A DNA stretch of 8,865 bases from Tubiluchus corallicola (GCA_030141605.1 JAQGDQ010002207.1:1-8865); one strand, 5' to 3'; shown: positions 1 through 8,363, counted from the first letter of the stretch. Numbers and translations are program-made. The notes: generated from the letters alone by a model not told the origin.

Positions 1-165
1 CGTGTTTTTTGTGATCCGGAGATTTAAGAATTTAAAATACCACTAAATACTTTCAAATTGTGTATATGAGTGTTTGTGAAAAAAATAGCGTGAAAAATAA
101 TTACGTCTGGGAAGTGCAAACTTCAGTTAGAGAACAGTTGAAAATAAAAGTGGAATTTGAAAAAT

Positions 166-175
166 CAAGATGGCG
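166..175 (+). promoter_or_regulatory. YY1-like motif CAAGATGGCG in the putative LINE 5' UTR (internal promoter candidate)
   Basis: Matches the YY1 core AAGATGGCG; position ~500 nt upstream of ORF1. Confidence 0.3.
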
Positions 176-858
176 TTAATGGGAAGCTAACAGCATAACA
201 GCTGAAACTTCGTCTTATAACTGATCTTTTTTAAAAGACAGAAACTGGAAATAATTTCCTATTAACTGTATAAAAGTATAACATGGCAAATTTGAGATAG
301 GGAAAGTATCAGAGTAGTTGAGGTATAATCAATTCTATTAGTACTATTACAAATTCATAGAACCAGTTAAATTAATTACAATTACTAACTTAAGGTTTTT
401 TAAGACTAAAATGACAAGCCGTGCTACTGGTGAAAGGGATGCAGCAGTAGCTAATAAGAAGTACACTTAGGAGTCACGGTGGCTTGGTGACAAAAGGCAG
501 CATAGATCATATACTAATTTTTTTTTTCTTAGGGGGGTAAGTAGTCAAGTAAAACTAGTTTGCATGCATGAAACAAAATAGACAAAAATAATAAAAAACA
601 GTCAATATAAGGATTTACCCAAACATCTCTATAATAGTTCACTAATTCACTAAACATACTAAACAACGTAATAAAATGGAAGTGGAGCGTGATGAAGAAA
701 TGATACAGAGCACCAGGATAGAAAGAGCATTGTGTGATTTTGTGCAAGTGGTGGATGAAGCTTTAACTGAGAAAAATGGAGAAAAGTCAGAAAGTAAAAC
801 TCAAAAGGAGAATGAAGGAGAGGGAAGAAAGGAAAGGAAAATAAGTGGGGCTGAAGTG

Positions 859-1031
859 TGCAGTAAATGTGTAAAAAGAGTGGAGATTGTGGAAGATGGA
901 ATGTATTGTTTCTGGTGCGAGAAATGCTGCACAGAGAGTGCATTGGCATGTCAAAGAAAGCGTATAAAGCGGTAGGCACAGCAAGTGCATTAGTTATAAA
1001 TGACACTTTGCACTGGTTTTGCGATAAGTGC
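859..1031 (+). other. PHD finger (C4HC3) of ORF1
   Basis: CSKC...GMYCFWCEK(W)LHREC...HWFCDKC has the canonical PHD ligand pattern including the W-x-C-x2-C end; it spans the 926 frameshift. Confidence 0.85.
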
Positions 1032-1395
1032 GAAGAAGAAGTCAAGAAGATAAAGGAAGGCATGGGAATGCAAAAAAATACACAGCTGTTGAATGAAGTA
1101 CAATTAGGAAATCTAGAGGAGGAAATGAAATGCAAAGAAAGAGAAGTAGAAAATTTGAAAGATGACTTAGAGAAAATGAGGCAAGAAGTGAATAAGAAAA
1201 CGGATCAATTGGCTGAGTTTGACTTAAAGAGAAAGAAATATGAAAGTGAAATAAAAAAGTTGAAAGAAGAAGCAGTGCAACTCAGACAACAACTAGAAAA
1301 ATTGATAAGTGAGGCAGCGGAAAATAGAACTACAGTAAATAGCCTAAACAGGCACATAAGTGATCTACAAAAGATAAATGAAGAATTGTTGATGA
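1032..1395 (+). other. Coiled-coil region of ORF1
   Basis: E/K/Q-rich helix with heptad hydrophobics (VENLKDDLEKMRQEV...IKKLKEEAVQLRQQLEKL...VNSLNRHISDLQKINEEL). Confidence 0.75.
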
Positions 1396-1521
1396 GCAAA
1401 ATGGGTATGGGAGGAACATATGAAGAGGCAAAAGAAAACAATGAATCTAATAAGAAGGAAGATGATTCCAGAAAAGAAGTACAGAGTCAAAGAGAGGAGG
1501 CAGAGCCTGATAACGCCACTA

Positions 1522-1818
1522 TGCAGATATGTTGCAAAAAATGTGTGGTGTAAATTTGAAAACAGGTGCAAGTTTAGACACTACAAAACAAAAAAGGAGT
1601 GTCAAGAGCTCAGTGAAAGTGCACATAGAGCCAAACAAGGAGAATATGAACAAAAGTTGTGTTCCTATTTTGGAAGGAATAAATATTGCAAATTTGAAAG
1701 CAAGTGTAGGTTTAGACATTATTTGAAACCTGGGGAGGATAAGGAAAAGACAAATTTGTGTTGGAATTACAAGTATGATGGTGAATGCAAATATGGTAGT
1801 AGGTGCAGATACAGACAT
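1522..1818 (+). other. Three tandem CCCH zinc fingers (C-x8-C-x5-C-x3-H)
   Basis: CRYVAKNVWCKFENRCKFRH (1522-1581), CSYFGRNKYCKFESKCRFRH (1660-1719), CWNYKYDGECKYGSRCRYRH (1759-1818); all have exact 8/5/3 spacing. Confidence 0.92.
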
Positions 1819-1940
1819 TTTTTTAACGATGATGAAAAGAGATACCTACGAACACAAGAACGAGAAGGACAGCAGACAACTCTAGAAACAAATAAAAATG
1901 AACAAAAGACACAAAATGAAAGTTTAGTTGAGCAGATTAA

Positions 1941-1947
1941 TTTTTTA
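1941..1947 (+). promoter_or_regulatory. Candidate -1 programmed ribosomal frameshift slippery heptamer U_UUU_UUA at the ORF1/ORF2 overlap
   Basis: ORF1 codons AAT TTT TTA (1939-1947). The -1 (ORF2) frame has TAA at 1938-1940 and is open from 1941 through the endonuclease. The first ORF2 ATG is at 2313. Confidence 0.6.
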
Positions 1948-2039
1948 GTGAGAGAAATCAATGCAATAAAAGAAAAACTGTGGAATTAGAAAAAAAAGTA
2001 AGAGTGAAAAGATCTCAGAAAAAGAAAAAGAAGTTTAAA

Positions 2040-2790
2040 AATTTTAATGTAGTATATACAAATTGTCGAGGGCTAAATAATAAGCTAGAGTCATTGTATG
2101 GAGTGATAAGGGAAAAAAAGCCTAGTGTAATAGGAATTGTTGAAACTCATTTGGCGGAAGAAGAATTGGTGCAAATTGAGGGTTACAAAGTGTTCCAACT
2201 GAATAGAAATAAGTACGGAGGGGGGATATTATTGGCAATTAAAAATGACTTAAAAAATGTAACAATAAAAGCTGATCAGTATAATGAAGTAGGTGAACAA
2301 TTATGGGTTGTAATGGATAATTCAAAAGTAAAATTGAGAGTAGGATTATTGTATGCACCTCAGGAAAGTAGGACAGATAAAGAAGAAATGAAAAAAATGT
2401 ATGAACAAATACGTAAGCAAGTACAAAAAGCAAAAAATGAAAACCAGAAGTGCTTGCTTATAGGGGACTTCAATGCAAAAGTAGGAAATATTATCGAAGG
2501 TAATAGTGATGAAATAACTTGGGCAGGGAAAATGTTACTAAATCTGGTTAAAAAAGAAAAACTAGTAATATTAAATGCAACTGAAGAATGCTCAGGAATT
2601 TGGACAAGAGAAGAAGCTGGGAAAAAATCTGTTATTGATTATATAATAATAAGTGCAAATGATGTAAATGCACATAGGTTCACACTTGTTGATGAACAAA
2701 AACTGTATGGAGTGTACAGAGTGACTAGTAGTGGCGAGAAAAAAATTGTATATACAGACCATAACACAATATATAGTGAATTTGATTGGG
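2040..2790 (+). other. Apurinic/apyrimidinic-like (APE/EEP) endonuclease domain
   Basis: Motifs YTNCRGL (N at 2061), IVETHL (E at 2142), GGGILL, LYAPQE, IGDFNAK (D at 2466), SVIDY and TDHN (2754-2765); the catalytic set appears intact. Confidence 0.93.
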
Positions 2791-3479
2791 TTGAGATTAG
2801 TAAAATGAAAAGAGATAAAAGTGATGAGATAAAAAAATTAGTAGTGTCTAATAAAAATAAAATGAACAGATACAAAAAAGAAACTGATGATCAAATATTT
2901 AGTAAAGTATGGAGCAGTAACAGATCAATTCAGAGCAAATATGATGGCTGGATAAATCAAGCTGCAGTAGTAAGAGACAGGTGCCTTTCAGTAAAAGGAA
3001 AAAGGAAACAAAAATATGGAAGTAAAATGTCAAGGAAGCTAAATAAAGAAAGACGTAAGTTAAAACGTGAAATGAGCGATGAAGAAGACTCGGAAAGGAA
3101 AAGAATGATAAAAATAAAAATTGAACTAATAGAAAACATGATGAGGGTTGTGCAAAGGAAGGAACAAATAAATAGAATAAATAAAACTGTTAGGACAATT
3201 ACAGTAAATGGAAAACTTAACCAGCAGTTGTTTTGGGAATTCAAAAAGGGCATCGATAAACCTAAAATGGAAGAAGCTATAGCAATGAGAGATAAACAAG
3301 GTGAGATCCAAGAGGATCCAGGAAAAATTAAGTTGATTTTTAAAAAATATTATGAAGAACTCCTACTCAGACAGAGGATGAATATGAGCAAATGATAGAA
3401 TCAAGGGTTGAACAAATTTTCAAACATGTTGAACAAATGGCAAGTGAGGAGGAAGTAAAAGAAATTACTAACAGTGAAG

Positions 3480-4420
3480 TGAATGAAGCAGTTCGATCAC
3501 TAAAAAATAAAAAGGCTCCAGACATGCAAGGATGGAAGAATGAAATGATCAAACAAGCAGGGAAGGGATTTATTGATAGTATAGCAGCAATGCTGAATGA
3601 AATAATGAAGCAAAAGAAAATACCGAATGGGCCCAAATGAAAATAAAGTCAATTTATAAGGGAAAAGGCGACAAGAAAGAGATGAAAAATAGACGAGGGC
3701 TGTTCATAACAAATATTTTCAGTAAACTAATGGAAAAAGTGATCAAAAATAGAATAATAGTTAAATTTGAAGAAAACATAGGAGTACATCAATGTGGCGG
3801 AAGAAAAAACAGAGGGGTCTATGACCATCTGTACACCTTGAGGGCAATGTTAGAGTATAACAGGTTTTATAAAAATGAAGTGTACATAATTTTTTGTGAC
3901 ATAGAAAAGTGTTTTGATAAGTTGTGGTTGAAAGATGTATTGACAGAATTATGGAGGATGGGCATATCACCAGGAGAAATATTTATGATATATAAACTGA
4001 ATGAAATTGCAGAAATAGTTATAGAAACACCATTGGGAAAAACAGACCAGATAGAAATAAATGAAATAGTCCGACAGGGAACAGTGTTGGGACCATTACT
4101 ATGTTGTGCTGCAATAAACCGGATTAATGAGATGGTGACAACAGGGACTGTCATGGGCAGGAATATACATGTGGGTATGTTATTATTCATTGACGATATT
4201 GTCGGAATAGGACAAGAAACTATAATCAAGCAGATGATTAAAAACTGTCAAGAAATTGAAAGAACCAAAAGACTATCATTCAATATACAGAAAACACAAT
4301 ATATGAGAACTAACATGACACGAAAGAAAAGGATCCCAGAATTATGTGAGTCACTAAGGAACGGAGAGGTTAAGGAAGTAGAGGAATACCAATATTTGGG
4401 AGATTGGATAAATACAAAAG
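3480..4420 (+). other. Non-LTR reverse transcriptase domain
   Basis: LKNKKAPD..G, IP/EW, IYKGKGD..NRRGL, QCGGR, FCDIEKCFD (D at 3898), VRQGTVLGPLL (from 4069), LFIDD (FIDD 4186-4197), FNIQKT, YQYLG. Confidence 0.95.
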
Positions 4421-5145
4421 GTAGTTATGAAATAATGTTTGGAAAACGAACCGGGAAAAACAAAATGATAATTAGTTACATCAATACAATAGGAGGTGAG
4501 CTGAAAGTGGGAGATTGCTCAATAGGGGTAAAACTAATGCTGTACGAGCTTCTTTCAGTGAGTGCAGTGCTAAATAGTTCTGAGACATGGTCAAATTTGA
4601 CAACAACTGATTGGGAGAAATTAGAAATGATTCAAGCAAATGCTTTAAAAACATTATTTAACCTTAGTGAATCAACGCCATACTGGGGATTAGTAACTGA
4701 AATAGGCATATGGCCTCTAAAACATAAAGTAAACTATAGGAGATTGATGTTCTATCGGAATTTATTGATTAGTAAACCAAAGAGATTAGCATCAGAGATA
4801 CTCGAAATGCAAATAAACAGTGTACACAAAAGGTCATGGTATAATGAAGTATTTGAGACTGCAAAAATATATACCATAGATGCTAATAAAGAAAGGGTGA
4901 AGGTCATGAAAAAGTCTGAATGGAAGAAAGAAATAAAGAATAAGATTCAACGTTGTATAAAGAGCGAATGTGCAGAAAAATGCAGGAGCAGCACTAAATT
5001 AAGATTTTTAAGGCATACCGAGTGGAAACGACAAAATTACATAGACACATGCAAGCCAGAAGAGGTTAAAGATATATTGAAAATAAGACTGAATATGATT
5101 AAAGTTAAGGGGAACTACAAGAATGAGTTTAAGGATCAGTTATTA

Positions 5146-5196
5146 TGCCCAGTGTGTGAGGAAGATGATGACACTACTGAACATATGCTTAGATGT
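5146..5196 (+). other. C-terminal CCHC zinc finger of ORF2
   Basis: CPVCEEDDDTTEHMLRC = C-x2-C-x8-H-x3-C, typical of LINE ORF2 C-termini. Confidence 0.85.
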
Positions 5197-5362
5197 TACA
5201 GATATGGAGAATGGAAAAAAATTTTGAACTCAGAAGTATTAATGAACAGTGAAAAGGAAGGATTGCTAGAAATTAGAAATCTAGTGAACGAATGTATGGA
5301 ATACAGGATAAAGACATTAAACTTGGAAAAGACAAATAAAAGATCAGCGTTAAAGAAGAAGA

Positions 5363-5410
5363 GACTTTGCACCCTATAAAGGTGCCCGCCTCGGATAGGT
5401 GGAGAGAGTC
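5363..5410 (+). other. Predicted three-way-junction RNA at the LINE 3' end
   Basis: Hand-folded: GACUUU 5363-5368 / AGAGUC 5405-5410 encloses GCACC 5369-5373 / GGUGC 5381-5385 and CCGCCU 5386-5391 / AGGUGG 5397-5402. Confidence 0.55.
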
Positions 5411-5414
5411 GAGT

Positions 5415-5427
5415 ATCGCAATCGCAA
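5415..5427 (+). repeat. (ATCGCA)2A short tandem repeat, candidate LINE 3' tail
   Basis: ATCGCA ATCGCA A lies 4 nt after the structured element. No poly(A) tail follows ORF2. Confidence 0.4.
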
Positions 5428-7333
5428 ACATCCTGGGCCTTCCGAAGTTCTCTTCGTACACTCACTCGGATTAATGTTGCGCATAAAATCTCACTGTCCA
5501 GTCTAATATGCATTAACAACAAATGTACGCCCTGATTGGCGTATAACAAATTAGGACAAACTTGATTGCAAGATTTGTTATCGTCGTTTTAACTGTAATT
5601 AACTTATAACTAGCACGACCTACATTCACTATTCTGTATTATTTATATGATTCATGGACGCGTTCATACGAACTTTTGTGCGCAAACGAACATTTGTAAG
5701 TTTAATTCAGTAAAACTCTGTACAAATTCAATTCAAATTATTTACTTTACATCAATAGTATATTATAGTAACATACATTTTACATACACATATGTGCATC
5801 ATTGCATAATTTTAGTTCAAGTTAACAGGTATAATGATAACAATTGGTATCTATTTATTATAGATCCATTAGTATCTGATTACACTACTGCAGCAATTCA
5901 AGACACTTATAATAATTTGTAAGAATGGTTGAATGTGAAACAGAAACAAGGAGGAGAATCTTTATACAAATGTAGAAAAAATAATCAGAGTTCTTGTCTA
6001 TTTTTGCTTACGAAAATTTTACCCTGACAAAATTCAGCTTCTCACATAATCTTCATGGCTACACGTCTACGGGGCATATTTGATAACTTCTGCAACACTC
6101 TCGGTATAATTATTGCACAAAGTGTAAAATAATAACATTAAACGAGTTAATGAAATCCATCATGAGCTCGGAGCACAAATTATCCTGCTATGTGAAAATA
6201 CCACTAGTTAAGGCTCCCTCTATATAAAGACGGTTTTCCGCACGATTTCCCACTAAGAAAGTTCGAAATTCTTGTTTTGATGCATATCGTTTCACTGTTT
6301 CAATGTAAATCAGTTTTTACATAATTTCTGTTGCACCTTTCTCATTGTACTTATATAGACGAAATCGTAGTAGACATAGGCGCACATCACTGAATGAAAT
6401 ATTGCAAAGGAAGACTATAGTGAACATCTAAAGCTTGCGGAATAATTATATTTTTTCCAAAAAATCGATCAAGGAACAGCTTGACGGTTTACAGAAACTA
6501 ACAAGAGGATGATATTTGCAAAGAAAATACAAAGTGACACAATACTCGGTTAAAGAGAACGGTTAGTTATTTGTCTTAGGTGAGCTGTAGTCAGCGTGAA
6601 GTAATCAAACAGCTTAGACTATCAAAATTCAACATGTTAAATTCGATTTAGCCATTGCATGTGCGCTTCATAAACACGTGTGTAGAAACCTCTTTATATC
6701 TGTTAAAGCAGTGCCTTTGCATGATATATTAACAAAACATGGGAATTTGTAAAAAGAATTGCCCAGAGAGCAATCAACGCGAGAAACCTCGCGGCCAGTT
6801 ATTTTTTCGCGCGGTTTTCCACATTATGTATAAACGATGCAAACTGAAATAACACAGAGCAATTAATTAAACACCACAAACCGAATGGAATTATTTCGTT
6901 TACAAACAAAGAACATGGCCAACAAAAACAGCTTAGCCTACTTGTTGTTTGGGACCCTCATATCACAAAAATTGCACAGGAAAAAAGGGTGCAAATAGAA
7001 AAATAGGAAAAAATGGCACACTTAGAAAATAAGTTTATAGTTATCATTACTGTGGGGCAATTATTTTATTTATTTTTACTTGTACCAAGGAAATTATTCT
7101 CCAACACTGTTTGTTTGTTTAGTTGTTTTTTGTCTATTATAAAGTAGTAAATCTTACGCAGGTTTCAATGAAACTTTGTGCAAAAGGTGGAGGAGGTGAG
7201 AACTGCCAAAATGGTTTTTTGCTCATTTTTTTTCACAAAACTTAACGGAACACCACATGCAAAACTCTTCGTGAATCACAAAGTGGAGGTCTCAGAGGGA
7301 GTTTTATAGCTGTTTGGAAAGGATTTGGCTAGA

Positions 7334-7365
7334 AGATAGGGTAATTCTCTTAGATAGGGTAATTC
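7334..7365. repeat. 14-bp direct repeat AGATAGGGTAATTC x2 (18-bp period)
   Basis: Exact copies at 7334-7347 and 7352-7365. Confidence 0.8.
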
Positions 7366-7905
7366 ATTGTAGGGTGCCGAGTAACCCACTAGCTCAAGTA
7401 GGATACTTCCGTTAAAACGCAAGTGCTAAGTTTGCGGAAAAGCAGTGTCATACCAAGTAGAGCACTAGCGATTTCTGTCAAGAATCGAGATCTATGACAT
7501 AATAAAACATAAAACTAAATTTGTTTTAGAAAGAAAGTAACTTTATAATAATGATGGATAGTCCTTGACAATTTACTTTTTACCACAATATCATCATTAT
7601 TATTAGCTCCACTAATAATTATCATCATAACATTAAACTAAGTATCTAATGCTTTAAAGAGAGAAACTAGGTAGGGCACATAACTCGCTAACCCGTTTAC
7701 TTAGTAGAAAACAATTATTTGTCAAAGGGGGAGTAAAAAGGATCACCTGTCTGTGAAGCAAGACAAAATAAAAAATATGCCTAAAGCAAATGTTGAAATC
7801 GACAAATATATTTGTCAGTCTATTATACCATCGCCAAATGGTTAAAGAAATGTAGACAACCTCTATTTGGAATGTTCGTGCGTTAATGATTATAATTCCG
7901 TTTAA

Positions 7906-7946
7906 GGCTGCCAGGCCATAGAAACTCATGCTTCATGCCTCACGCT
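7906..7946 (+). repeat. Left terminal inverted repeat
   Basis: GGCTGCCAGGCCATAGAAACTCATGCTTCATGCCTCACGCT matches the reverse complement of 8825-8865 at 39 of 41 positions. Confidence 0.92.
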
Positions 7947-7978
7947 TCATACTTCATACTTCATGCTTCATGCTTCAC
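7930..7978 (+). repeat. Subterminal heptamer array (RCYTCAY)x7
   Basis: GCTTCAT GCCTCAC GCTTCAT ACTTCAT ACTTCAT GCTTCAT GCTTCAC; inverted units (GTGAAGC, GTGAGGC, ATGAAGC) occur at 8724-8750 and 8815-8846. Confidence 0.9.
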
Positions 7979-8044
7979 GGCCCACTGGGCCATAGGGGCT
8001 CATGCTCTCACGCTTCACACACGAGTCTGCATTGCGCATTCAAA

Positions 8045-8350
8045 ATGGAATCATCTGACGAGGAAGATTTCTTGATTTTGTTGTGTCTCAGAAGAAGGAA
8101 GCGAAAGAGACGGAGAATATGGTGCCGGGAGCATTTTTTGCTCAGAGAATCCAGAGGAGAATTTCAGCGGACATTTCAACACCTCGTGGACAATCCTGAT
8201 GAAGAACTATTTCATAATTATACAAGGATGTCGTACAAGACTTACAGTACATTAAAGTCCCTCGTGCTAGGACATCTGAAGCCACGCCATTCAAATTGGA
8301 GGAGGCCAATCGAAGCAGAACAAAAGCTCATCATAACTCTCAGGTGGTAA
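8045..8350 (+). pseudogene. N-terminal exon of a PIF/Harbinger (HARBI1/ALP1-like) transposase; DDE core missing
   Basis: From ATG 8045: MESSDEEDFLILLCLRRRKRKRRRIWCR...RESRGEF...DEELFHNYTRMS...L..LV...SNWRRPIEAEQKLIITLR. This is the typical Harbinger N-terminus up to the HTH. It ends at AG|GT (8343/8344), a likely splice donor where YLATG would normally follow. Confidence 0.85.
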
Positions 8351-8363
8351 TTACTAGTCAAAG

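Larger units (their letters stand above)
676..1989 (+). pseudogene. LINE ORF1 protein: PHD finger + coiled coil + 3 CCCH zinc fingers; split by frameshifts at ~926 and ~1500-1515
   Basis: Joins track ORFs 676..975, 867..1553 and 1420..1989. ATG at 676 is in a good context (AAAATGG). Restoring one G at 925-927 (TG[G]CTG) gives CFWCEKWLHREC. The acidic linker of the 867 frame runs into PLCRY of the 1420 frame near 1515. Stop TAG at 1987-1989. Confidence 0.85.
1941..5379 (+). pseudogene. LINE ORF2 polyprotein: APE endonuclease - reverse transcriptase - CCHC zinc finger; split by frameshifts at ~3365 and ~3624
   Basis: Joins track ORFs 1980..3395, 3392..3640 and 3637..5379. Re-phasing restores YYEELL/PTQTEDEYEQMIE and the conserved KKIP/EWAQMKIKSIYKGKG motif. 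No in-frame nonsense codons occur in the reconstructed path. Stop TAA at 5377-5379. Confidence 0.92.
1..5428 (+). mobile_element. Non-LTR retrotransposon (LINE, APE-RT type, two ORFs), near full length but frameshifted; 5' boundary uncertain (somewhere in 1-675 or upstream of the window)
   Basis: ORF1 (PHD/coiled coil/CCCH) is followed by ORF2 with APE, RT and CCHC motifs. The sense strand is strongly A-rich. A GC-rich structured 3' end is followed by a short tandem repeat. No LTRs, protease, RNase H or integrase motifs were seen. Clade (RTE/RTEX/Proto2-like versus CR1/L2-like) cannot be fixed without phylogeny. Confidence 0.93.

Noticed and set aside
427-480. CTGGTGA...GAAG...GTC resembling a hammerhead core, and GCTAA resembling HDV J4/2
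   Set aside because: The core deviates from CUGAUGA/GAAA and stems I-III do not form. No P1.1/L3 elements exist for an HDV fold.
3392-3640. ATGA stop/start overlaps at both ORF2 breaks (3392-3395, 3637-3640) resembling translational coupling of three separate genes
   Set aside because: Conserved ORF2 sequence (IP-x-EW, and TEDEYEQ before the Met) lies upstream of each ATG in the new frame, so these are indel frameshifts. An in-frame ATG-A automatically yields TGA in the shifted frame.
529-5549. Many minus-strand ORFs rich in F/L/S/I overlapping the LINE
   Set aside because: They are shadows of the A-rich sense strand and carry no recognisable motifs.
5647-5922. 91-aa plus-strand ORF
   Set aside because: Low-complexity AT-rich composition with no domain similarity.
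6208-6360. TTAAGGCTCCCTCTATATAA with partial inverse TTATATAGA as possible MITE ends
   Set aside because: Only a 9-bp AT-rich match, with no matching terminus or TSD.
6950-7300. Segment with the texture of an old non-autonomous DNA transposon
   Set aside because: I could not identify TIRs, TSD or coding remnants; a repeat-library search is needed.
7930-7978. Repeat array as possible CRISPR
   Set aside because: Contiguous 7-bp units without spacers, in a eukaryotic transposon context with no cas genes.
7928-8044. N-terminal extension of the 140-aa ORF (MLHASRFILHTSCFMLH...)
   Set aside because: It is a translation of the heptamer/TIR repeats; the real start is more likely ATG 8045 (AAAATGG).
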